A stretch of DNA of 54,085 nt from a virus (lineage: Duplodnaviria; Caudoviricetes), in IMG/VR virus record IMGVR_UViG_3300014502_000008, positions 1-54,085 of that record; one strand, 5' to 3'. Numbering within the stretch: position 1 is the stretch's first letter; each line of letters begins with the position of its first letter. The notes below the pieces were generated by a model. The model had not been told where the DNA came from. It saw only the letters and a program-made list of their open reading frames with translations, and searched no databases. Position numbers and translations under genes: made by a program. Of the stretch, positions 19,932 to 28,378 are shown in pieces.

Positions 19932-21197
19932 TTAGTTCACTTTACTGTTTTCAATTAGCAACTTAGCAATTTCGATTTTTGCCTTTACAAGTTCTCCTTT
20001 ATCAATATCCTCACTGTCTATTGTATCCAATATTTTCATGGACATCCCAACGTTGTTAATCTTTTCTAAGGTATGAGTATATTTTAATGCTTGTTTAACT
20101 GTAGATCTAAATATAAAGAGAAACGTCGTTCCAATAAACTCTGTTAATACGCCACATGAAATTGCAATAATTGAAATGTTTTTATTGCTCCCAATGAACG
20201 ATAGTAAAATTCCCAAACCTATAATCAAAAAGCCAACTATCATTACTCTAATACTTAGTTGATAAATTGAATTAATATGTTCAAGGTTTTTTTCAAAATA
20301 TTGCTGTAGAGTGAGATATGCTACATCCCACGAAGGCTTTATTTTATTTGGTTCATTTTTTAATTGCTCTTTTGCCTCTTCAATATCTTTCTCAGTTTCC
20401 TTATTACTATTTGGTTTCTTGTTTCCGCTTATTAGCATTAATAATAATATGATAAAAGTACCTGGAAAAAACAACCATGGACCATAATTATAAAAAAATT
20501 CTTTGGTAGAAGATGTTTCTGAAATAAAGTTATCTAATATAATCCCATAATAACTATAAGTGCTCCTGGGTATTTTTTGAAGAAGATTAAATTTCAATTC
20601 ATCTTTATCAAGATACTTTCCTTTATTTACAATTAGAATTGAATCAGAAAGGGCATTCGATATTGGTTTAAGACCTAAGCTATCCAAATAAAAATATGTA
20701 TTAGCAGATTTATAAAATATATTTGTACCATGCTTTTCGATTTCTTTAAGATTTTCACCTTTAAACTTTAATAAGATTTCGTAATTAAGAGATTCCGAGG
20801 ATGAGAAAGGCTTGTTAAAATTTTCAATCAATATCTTACGTGTTGAAGGGCTAATATTTACAGTATCTAAATTATTATCCAAATATATGTACCCTTCATT
20901 TTTCCCTTTGATAGCTCTTTTAACAAAATCACCATATTCTTTTAGTTCTGAAAAACTTAAGATGTTATTTATTTCCGTCACTATACTGTCTTGTGTTAGA
21001 TGCCTCACATTAAGTATCGATTTTAATTTAATAGTAGTTTCATTGTAATGAGAGATTCGAGATTTGTCGAAATGATAGTAATCCTTCATAAATAGTGGTA
21101 CGATTAAGAAGACCAGGCCAACTATCGCGCATAAGGCTGATAACAAAAAAAAGATATCGAAGACAGTATTTTTGATCTTTACTTTTGTGATTTTCAT
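19932..21197 (-). CDS. Membrane protein with C-terminal TRADD-N-associated-like 2TM domain
   Basis: N-terminal TM, soluble domain, TM, then PSWDVAYLTLQQYFEKNL followed by two TMs. Confidence 0.6.
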   Translation of the reverse strand: MKITKVKIKNTVFDIFFLLSALCAIVGLVFLIVPLFMKDYYHFDKSRISHYNETTIKLKSILNVRHLTQDSIVTEINNILSFSELKEYGDFVKRAIKGKNEGYIYLDNNLDTVNISPSTRKILIENFNKPFSSSESLNYEILLKFKGENLKEIEKHGTNIFYKSANTYFYLDSLGLKPISNALSDSILIVNKGKYLDKDELKFNLLQKIPRSTYSYYGIILDNFISETSSTKEFFYNYGPWLFFPGTFIILLLMLISGNKKPNSNKETEKDIEEAKEQLKNEPNKIKPSWDVAYLTLQQYFEKNLEHINSIYQLSIRVMIVGFLIIGLGILLSFIGSNKNISIIAISCGVLTEFIGTTFLFIFRSTVKQALKYTHTLEKINNVGMSMKILDTIDSEDIDKGELVKAKIEIAKLLIENSKVN

Positions 21198-21423
21198 TGG
21201 ATAATCTTATTTATTTGCACTGTGTTTAAGTTTAAATGCAATATATCAAATAATTTCCAAAGTTTACTAAGGAATATTCCCTTCCTCTTTTGATACATCA
21301 CACAGTTAGACATGTTAGATCAGGGACCTCTGCTCTTACGAAGAATATCTTGTTTAGATTAAAAATTTCTTAACAAATCTATTTTTCTGGCCCCGGGACG
21401 TTTTAAATTTGAATTAAAATATT

Positions 21424-21494
21424 AGCGACACCCCTTTCCTTAAGCACGAGGAAATGCAGCGAGACAATTCAATCAAGGGGTGTCGCTTTTTTTT
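21424..21494 (+). ncRNA. Dispersed hairpin element copy 3 (compensatory stem)
   Basis: AGCGACACCCCTT/AAGGGGTGTCGCT perfect 13-bp stem, GCAGCGAGAC core, T-run. Confidence 0.6.
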
Positions 21495-21503
21495 AAAATT
21501 ATT

Positions 21504-21779
21504 CTATTCGCTCCGTAGTTTCACATAAAGTTCATTAATTAAATAATTACATTTAGGACAACTGTGCGTAGCATTTGGAATTCCCTCTGTACGGCAGAGT
21601 GGACATTTCCATGTTTTCTCATCTCTGCTAAGGAACAGCATGGACAACAAATAGAAAGATTTTCTTATTCTTGAAACGTTAATACATAGATAAATAAAAC
21701 ATATCAGGATTATTAGTCCAATTATTCCTGAAATTATTGAAGTGATTAAATAAATGGTGCTAAAAGATTCTATTTCCAT
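21504..21779 (-). CDS. Small TM plus zinc-ribbon protein
   Basis: One TM, then WKCPLC...CPKC. Confidence 0.7.
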   Translation of the reverse strand: MEIESFSTIYLITSIISGIIGLIILICFIYLCINVSRIRKSFYLLSMLFLSRDEKTWKCPLCRTEGIPNATHSCPKCNYLINELYVKLRSE

Positions 21780-21898
21780 AGTTTTACAAATTTATTTTTC
21801 TTAAAATAATTATATATCACAATTTTTAATATTAGGGTGAGCTTAATTTAATGTCAATATTAAATTGTTTTAAATCTGAATTATTCTAAAAATGAAAG

Positions 21899-22822
21899 TT
21901 ATTGTGGCGTAATAGATTCCGTGTTCACATATAGTTCTTCTGTTGATCCTTCTGGTCTTACAATACAATAACTCAACCTGCTTTTAACAAGGTAGACTAC
22001 ATCATTTTTATGCAAATACTTAATCTGGCCTGAAAGAACCATTAATTCAAGAGCTTGCATATCCTTATTTGATGCACAATTAATCATCATATCAAAATTT
22101 TCCTTACTTGTACCAGCAAAAATGACATCCCTATTTATAATATACCTACCAGTATAATTTGTTTCATTCCTATTAGATCTAGAATATGAAGGCGTTGTTT
22201 CTCTAGAATCTGACGCCGGTTTACAGATCTTGAAAACTACTACAATTGCAACTAAAACAAAGCCTATTTTTAACCAGTTGCCTATATTATCAAATAGACC
22301 CACTACATCTACTCCCTCATCCTCATCATCACTCTCAGGCTTCAATCTGAATCCACAACTATGGCATTTCTCAGAAGAGCTTATTATGTCTGCTTTGCAT
22401 TTAGGACACCATATGATATGCAAGTCATTAATATTCTTATGTGTAAAATCAAATCCACAATAACTGCACTTCAGTGAAGCTTTAGTTATGTTTCTTTTAC
22501 AGTTAGAACATTGCTTCAAATCTTCCTCATAAACAATTACCTCGGGGGCCATTTTATACCCACAATCGGGGCATCTTTTAGAATCTTCAGGTATTTTGTT
22601 TTTACAGTGAGGACACTTTATGAGTACTTTATCTTTAATTAATTGATATCCACAAAGCGGACAAAAGTGAGCAGCCTCTGGTATACTCTTGCTGCATTTC
22701 GGGCAGGAAATTTGCTTTTCTTCAGCCTCTTTCTGAGAGATAATCTTAAATCCGCAATGCAAACAGAATAGAGAATCGTCAGGTATTAACTTATGACAAT
22801 TGGAGCATTCTATATCTGCCAT
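21899..22822 (-). CDS. Five-zinc-ribbon membrane-anchored protein
   Basis: Ten CxxC motifs, an acidic linker, a TM and a C-terminal SH3-like domain. Confidence 0.8.
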   Translation of the reverse strand: MADIECSNCHKLIPDDSLFCLHCGFKIISQKEAEEKQISCPKCSKSIPEAAHFCPLCGYQLIKDKVLIKCPHCKNKIPEDSKRCPDCGYKMAPEVIVYEEDLKQCSNCKRNITKASLKCSYCGFDFTHKNINDLHIIWCPKCKADIISSSEKCHSCGFRLKPESDDEDEGVDVVGLFDNIGNWLKIGFVLVAIVVVFKICKPASDSRETTPSYSRSNRNETNYTGRYIINRDVIFAGTSKENFDMMINCASNKDMQALELMVLSGQIKYLHKNDVVYLVKSRLSYCIVRPEGSTEELYVNTESITPQ

Positions 22823-22940
22823 AGTTTATCATTCATATTATCAAATATAAGCAATTGCGTTGAAAATAAATATTATCTGACTTGAATTAATTATTTGGAT
22901 TTTGTTTGCAATTTATCCTTAAAATTCTGAAATTTACTCT

Positions 22941-23028
22941 GCGGCATTTCCTTCCATACGAGACATTGACTTTCGACATCAACTTAGGAACGCAGCGAGA
23001 CTTTCAATCAGGAGATACCGCTTTTTTT
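22941..23028 (+). ncRNA. Dispersed hairpin element copy 4
   Basis: GCGGCATTTCCTTCCA...GCAGCGAGACTTTCAATCAGGAGATACCGCTTTTTTT. Confidence 0.6.
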
Positions 23029-23046
23029 ATTAATTTTAAAAGGGTA

Positions 23047-23841
23047 ATGGAAACTAAAAGTAGAAGACCCTCAATTTTAGATATACTTGTTAGATATCTT
23101 ACATTTTTCTATTTGATATTTGTAATAATTGGATACTTAAGTAGCTATCTTTATTACATACAATTTAGAATTGATATTTCAAGTTACTTTACTCTTGAAG
23201 ATTATATTACTTCTTTTTTTGATGTTTTACCAGGACTTATTATTGGAGCTCTTACCTTATTAATACTCGGAATATTAAACTATAATAAAATAAAGAAAGC
23301 AAAGGCAAGAATAGAATCACATGTTAATGATGAAAATATTACTAATACAATTTATAGTCAAATTGACGAAAAAAATCTGAATTCATTTAGATGGGCACTT
23401 ATTGTTTCAACTATTTGCTTTGCCATTATTATATTGGTCCTAATTTTTACAAGAAGTAAATTGTTTTTTTTGTTTCTAATTCTATCTATCTGGTTTGTGT
23501 GTTTTTCAGGAGTATTCACTTTAATTTATTTTTTAAAAGTTAATAAAGCATTGGATTTTAACTTTGAAAAAATTAGTATTATAGCAGAAACTTTATTATT
23601 TATTTTATTTATTCAGTGTGGTTGGGGAACCCTGAATGGATTTTTTACTTTAAAATCCTCATCATGGGTTCCCAAGACTACGATAAATATTAATTCAGGA
23701 GAATCAATAAATAGCTCTGATAGCATCTTATTTTTAGGTGTTTCGAAAGACTATGTTTTCTTATACGACAAACTTGATCAAAAATCTATAGTTTTTAATA
23801 GATTAAATATTATTTCAATTGAATCTGAACAAAATAAATAA
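23047..23841 (+). CDS. Accessory polytopic membrane protein
   Basis: Likely start ATG at 23047 (METKSRR); about five TMs and a C-terminal beta domain. Confidence 0.7.
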   Translation: METKSRRPSILDILVRYLTFFYLIFVIIGYLSSYLYYIQFRIDISSYFTLEDYITSFFDVLPGLIIGALTLLILGILNYNKIKKAKARIESHVNDENITNTIYSQIDEKNLNSFRWALIVSTICFAIIILVLIFTRSKLFFLFLILSIWFVCFSGVFTLIYFLKVNKALDFNFEKISIIAETLLFILFIQCGWGTLNGFFTLKSSSWVPKTTININSGESINSSDSILFLGVSKDYVFLYDKLDQKSIVFNRLNIISIESEQNK

Positions 23842-23871
23842 GAAGCGAGGAAATACTATGCATTATTAAAT

Positions 23872-23948
23872 TGTCATTTTCTCCCTTCACAAACATTGAC
23901 CTGATAGCAACACAACAAGACTTTCAATCAGGAGATGCCGCTTTTTTT
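23872..23948 (+). ncRNA. Dispersed hairpin element copy 5 (5' arm degenerate)
   Basis: CATTGAC...AGACTTTCAATCAGGAGATGCCGCTTTTTTT. Confidence 0.5.
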
Positions 23949-24055
23949 AACCCGCTTTGTCTTACTGAAGATGAAATCTTAATGACTTACTTTAGGCAAG
24001 ATCATTCATTCAGGGAGACCAGGTTGTGGACTGCTTAAGATACTTTTTAATCAAA

Positions 24056-24586
24056 TTAGTAACCAACAATTTCGTTCTCATCTGGTATTTCAAATTTATT
24101 TGAATTATAGAAATACCTTATCTTGGTTACTTGCCTGAGATATCCACCATAACCATTCTTAGATCTATATGTTGCTAAAAAATAAACACAAAATTTTGTA
24201 CTGTTATTAGTCTTAAACCGTTTTAAAGAATCAATCACAGCCAATTCGGATTTTTTTATAATATTAAAACTGTCTATCTGAGTTTTGTATCTTACTATTT
24301 CTTTTTCAATGTTGACATCTTTTTTCTCAGCAGACTCTGCATTACTTAAGGCAACATTTATTAAGTCAATAATTTTTTCAGTGGATTGAATGCTACGTTC
24401 TCTTAGTTTTATTGGTATGTCACTTTCAGTAACAATTTCAGTAATGATAAAAGATTCTCTTTTATATGAATCAGGATCATTTAATTGAGTTAGTAGGAAT
24501 TTTTCAGCTTTCCGTATAAGCATATTATCTTGACTACAACTGAAATGAAGTAGAAGAATGATAAATAAAAAAATAAATCGCTTCAT
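24056..24586 (-). CDS. Putative lipoprotein
   Basis: MKRFIFLFIILLLHFSC lipobox-like; LNDPDSY and YRSKNGYGG motifs. Confidence 0.7.
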   Translation of the reverse strand: MKRFIFLFIILLLHFSCSQDNMLIRKAEKFLLTQLNDPDSYKRESFIITEIVTESDIPIKLRERSIQSTEKIIDLINVALSNAESAEKKDVNIEKEIVRYKTQIDSFNIIKKSELAVIDSLKRFKTNNSTKFCVYFLATYRSKNGYGGYLRQVTKIRYFYNSNKFEIPDENEIVGY

Positions 24587-24606
24587 AATTTTAAGATTAT
24601 CTATAA

Positions 24607-26250
24607 TTATAAATCAATTTTTATCTGTGTATCTGTATCAGTTGACTTCTTCTCAGCCTTCTTAAAAGTTTCAAACTTTGATTGTGGAATTAACGGACGT
24701 TTACCCTCAAGTAAATCCTCCACTGATATAACTTGAATCTTATCGCAATGAGCATTATTATAATCATCCGTAAACTGTCCTTCCTTCTTAGCAATTACCT
24801 GCATATTCCTTGTTATGTAATCTTTAAAACAAATAAAGATACCCATAGCTCCCTTCTTATCATTAACAGTCATGATGAAATGGTTTAGTTGTGTAGGTGA
24901 AGCATTACCACTTTTAACCTCCATCATAACAATGTACTTTTTATCATATATCGTGAAGGTTCTATAACCATCATAACCCATTTCGTTCCGGCGTTCGTTA
25001 GTTATGCCATGTAATAGAACTTCAATAATCCAATCCTCAAATTCTAATCTTCCACCCTTAACATTATTTGCAAGTTCCCTGGCTGAATCTATATCTTTCG
25101 GGAAGCCATGAATTTCTAAGGTCTTCATTATTTCATCGCCATAGCAATCAACCAATCGCTTTGTTATAAGTTTTACGGCGAGATGAGAAATATCAACACC
25201 AATCCATTTGCGTTTTAATTTTTCAGCGACAGTAACTGCTGTCCCACAACCACAGAAAAAGTCTGCAATAACATCGCTTTCGTTTGAGCTTGCTGTTAGT
25301 ATTTGTTCTAACAAGGCTTCGGGTTTTTGAGTAGGATACCCCATTTTTTCATTATGCCAAGAACGTAAAGGCTCAATATTGTCCCAAATATCTTGAGTAG
25401 GTAACCCTTTTGATTCATCTAAATATCTTTTACGTCTCGGTATATTATTTTTAGTATAATAAATCTTCCCTTGATTATCTAATTCTATCATAGTTGTCTC
25501 AGGACATCTCCAAAGCCCATTTATCCCTTTCCACTTATAATTATATCCACCTCCCGATAAGCCTTTTGCGCTCAAGTTATCCGACATCCATCTTCTCCCA
25601 TCTGAATCTTTATAGCGATAATATGTATCAGTATAATCTTTCGTATAAGGTTGATAAGTCTGTACCCATTTATTTTTGTCAGTTGCGGTATAATATAAAA
25701 TCACATCATGTGCATTACCAAAACCTTTAGCATCACTATGGGCACTTGTTCTTTTCCAAATTATCTCATTCCTAAAATTCTTTTCCCCAAATATTAGGTC
25801 ACATAATATCTTTAAGTAATGGCTCATTGTTGGATCACAATGCAAATAAAAACTTCCAGTATTTTTTAATAATCTGTGCATATACCATAACCTTATAGCC
25901 ATTGTAACCAAGTATGATATTGCACCTTTTGAGATATTAGTATTATCAAGATTCTTGAGGAAGTTATAAAGGCTTATGTCTAAATCTGAAAGCTCATTCA
26001 AAGTGTCCATATAGGAAACATTCGACCAGGTATCAGCAAAAGCCTCTTTCTGTGCAGTTGAATCAGTTAAGTCAACACTTTCAAACAGTACATTATAATT
26101 CCGTTTTGAGTTAAAAGGTGGGTCTATATAAATCAGGTCAATGAATCCTTGAGGATGCTCTCTGTATAACTGTTTTAGAATATCAAGATTATCACCGAAG
26201 TAGAGTTGATTTTTAGAGGGGAATTTTGGTGTTGGCTTGTTAGGGGTCAT
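24607..26250 (-). CDS. DNA N6A/N4C methyltransferase (beta class) fused to a PD-(D/E)XK/Mrr-like domain
   Basis: IYIDPPF, YPTQKP, DFFCGCGT, C-terminal GYDG...EVKSG; likely start at 26250. Confidence 0.88.
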   Translation of the reverse strand: MTPNKPTPKFPSKNQLYFGDNLDILKQLYREHPQGFIDLIYIDPPFNSKRNYNVLFESVDLTDSTAQKEAFADTWSNVSYMDTLNELSDLDISLYNFLKNLDNTNISKGAISYLVTMAIRLWYMHRLLKNTGSFYLHCDPTMSHYLKILCDLIFGEKNFRNEIIWKRTSAHSDAKGFGNAHDVILYYTATDKNKWVQTYQPYTKDYTDTYYRYKDSDGRRWMSDNLSAKGLSGGGYNYKWKGINGLWRCPETTMIELDNQGKIYYTKNNIPRRKRYLDESKGLPTQDIWDNIEPLRSWHNEKMGYPTQKPEALLEQILTASSNESDVIADFFCGCGTAVTVAEKLKRKWIGVDISHLAVKLITKRLVDCYGDEIMKTLEIHGFPKDIDSARELANNVKGGRLEFEDWIIEVLLHGITNERRNEMGYDGYRTFTIYDKKYIVMMEVKSGNASPTQLNHFIMTVNDKKGAMGIFICFKDYITRNMQVIAKKEGQFTDDYNNAHCDKIQVISVEDLLEGKRPLIPQSKFETFKKAEKKSTDTDTQIKIDL

Positions 26251-26308
26251 AATCAGTAAATTATAATCAAATCTACAAACATTTATTAGATTAGCATATA
26301 TCATAAAC

Positions 26309-26337
26309 AAAAAACCCCTCCAACTCGTACCGGGGGT
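26309..26337 (-). terminator. Terminator after portal gene
   Basis: ACCCC...GGGGT stem followed by T6 on the minus strand. Confidence 0.65.
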
Positions 26338-26374
26338 CAAACCTAAACCTAACCTATGAAAAAAAACTATATCC

Positions 26375-28372
26375 TTATGCTGCTTGCTTTTGTGGTATTC
26401 CTATTGCCTGCTGTGCCATAGCCATTGCCTTAGGATTAGCCCCCTGCTGTGCCTGTGTCATTACTTCTTCCGGTATCTGTCCGGGCATTCCCTGAGCCAT
26501 TTGCTCCTTACGCTGTTTAACTGCTCCCAGGAGCTTATCAGCAAACGGTAAGGAGGTTTGTTCCAGGAACATTTCAAGGTCAATCATCTGGCCTTCTAAC
26601 AACTTCATAAGAGTTTCATCAATTAGCTGACGGTAAACCGGCGTATCAGTCCCCTGTGTTACTGCCAGATCAAAGTCAATATTCTGTACCAGTTTTGGAT
26701 CGTATAGTTTAGAATCCTGATTGACAGACCTGCCATTGATAGCCAAATACCTGGGCTCTTTGTAGTACTGAACAATAACCTTCAATGCTTTCGTGTCTCG
26801 CTTCTGTCTGAAGTGCTGGAACGTCTGCATGTAGTCAAGGGTGTTCATGGTTGCGTTCTGTGCCTCCTGTGCGTACAAGGATGAAGGAGTACCGGAACCG
26901 GCAGTCTTACCCTGGACAGCTCCATGTATCCCGGAAATCTCCTGCATAAGCTGCATCTGCAGGGCAAGCATTTCATTGATACCTATGTTTGTGCTGTTGG
27001 CACTTATCTGTTGTGGCATCTGCGTATGGTTCTTGCTAGGGACGTAAGTAATAATCCCATTGAACCGGGTCCATTCCCTAGCAAAGTCAGCCTCCGTCAT
27101 ACCATCCGGGATACAATCTTCCGGTATCATAAGCACACCTTTTGCGGATGCACTCATAATGAAATCCATCATAATGACCAGTCTGTTTATGTACCTCTGC
27201 TGGTCAATGATATCCTCCACGAATCCCCAAACCTCACCATCAAGAAGAGGGTATAAGGTTATGGCGTAAGGGTGTTCCTCATGCTTGTAGGGTGTTTCCC
27301 CTTCAAACAGGGTGTACCCATAAGGAGTAAGAAACTTAACGTACCAGAATTGTTCAAACTTCTCTTCGGCCTCTATCAGGGGTATTTCTTCCTCAGGTAT
27401 GCCCTGCTCTAGTCCTACCCTTAGCCTCTCAGAGTTTTGTTCTGCAATCTGCTTCATGGTACATGAGACAATTGCGTAACTCCCGTCCATAGGGTCATGT
27501 GCATAGATGCGCCACTCTCCCTGGAGCTTCCATATCTCATAAAGCCTTGCCTTGTTCGGGTCCCTGGGATTAAAGAAGTCCATATTGTCAATTCTGCTGG
27601 AATCCAGGCCCCTGTCTGAAAGAAAATCCTTTGTTACCAGGCTGGAATATAGGTCCCGGATTCTTTTTTCATCCTGTGTACTCTTGGCGAACGTGCTTAC
27701 AATGTCATTGACAGTAGTATCAATGATCTCACCGATTAATCGAAGGTCATGGAGCCTTATATCTGACACATCAGCATTGAAAAACATTCTATTGACGTTC
27801 ACGTTCTCAATATACAAGTCCTCTAGGTTGCGCTCCTTCCAGTACTTGTAGCCTACCTTCTGCATCAAGGCTCCTGATATAGCAAACTCTTCAAATTCCC
27901 TTGCATCAAGCTCCTTTGTCATGTTTATCTGGTGCCCTGCCTGAAGGGCATTGCTTAACATCTCAGATATCCCGGCATTTTCCCTGGACCTGGCGATAAC
28001 AACTGACTGAGAAGGATTAGACCGGTATTGTCCAATAAGGTTTTTAACTAGCTGTCTGACCTGGTTTTGCTTCAATGGTACTTTCCCCTGGTTCTTCAGG
28101 TATTGCTCCTCGGTGATGTATCCGTCACCATCCGGGTCTTTAATCTCGTCACTCCACTGGTCCCCCCGGTAGTACTTTCGGTTACGAAGCCTCCGCTTAC
28201 GGAAGTCTCTCATGCTCTCCCAATGCCTTCGGCACTCTTCAAGTAGGTCCATGTTTTGCCGGGTATCTTCCATTGTCACATCTTTGACAAGTTTCAGAAT
28301 GGTCTGCTTACGCATCCCCAGGCTGGTATTGGTGGACTTTCGTAAGTCCTGCTTACTAGTTACTATTCTCAT
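26375..28372 (-). CDS. Portal protein (P22-like podoviral)
   Basis: YYRGDQW, NQVRQLV, IIDQQRYINR, Gln-rich C-terminal barrel. Confidence 0.85.
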   Translation of the reverse strand: MRIVTSKQDLRKSTNTSLGMRKQTILKLVKDVTMEDTRQNMDLLEECRRHWESMRDFRKRRLRNRKYYRGDQWSDEIKDPDGDGYITEEQYLKNQGKVPLKQNQVRQLVKNLIGQYRSNPSQSVVIARSRENAGISEMLSNALQAGHQINMTKELDAREFEEFAISGALMQKVGYKYWKERNLEDLYIENVNVNRMFFNADVSDIRLHDLRLIGEIIDTTVNDIVSTFAKSTQDEKRIRDLYSSLVTKDFLSDRGLDSSRIDNMDFFNPRDPNKARLYEIWKLQGEWRIYAHDPMDGSYAIVSCTMKQIAEQNSERLRVGLEQGIPEEEIPLIEAEEKFEQFWYVKFLTPYGYTLFEGETPYKHEEHPYAITLYPLLDGEVWGFVEDIIDQQRYINRLVIMMDFIMSASAKGVLMIPEDCIPDGMTEADFAREWTRFNGIITYVPSKNHTQMPQQISANSTNIGINEMLALQMQLMQEISGIHGAVQGKTAGSGTPSSLYAQEAQNATMNTLDYMQTFQHFRQKRDTKALKVIVQYYKEPRYLAINGRSVNQDSKLYDPKLVQNIDFDLAVTQGTDTPVYRQLIDETLMKLLEGQMIDLEMFLEQTSLPFADKLLGAVKQRKEQMAQGMPGQIPEEVMTQAQQGANPKAMAMAQQAIGIPQKQAA

Positions 28373-28378
28373 AGGTAG

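Noticed and set aside
22906-23046. N-terminal extension of ORF 22906-23841
   Set aside because: It runs through hairpin element copy 4; the ATG at 23047 is the more plausible start.
19045-23948. CRISPR array or canonical integron attC array
   Set aside because: The repeats are separated by whole genes, lack RYYYAAC/GTTRRRY cores, and no cas or intI gene is present.
26251-26340. N-terminal extension of the methylase ORF
   Set aside because: It overlaps the portal terminator and a promoter-like region.
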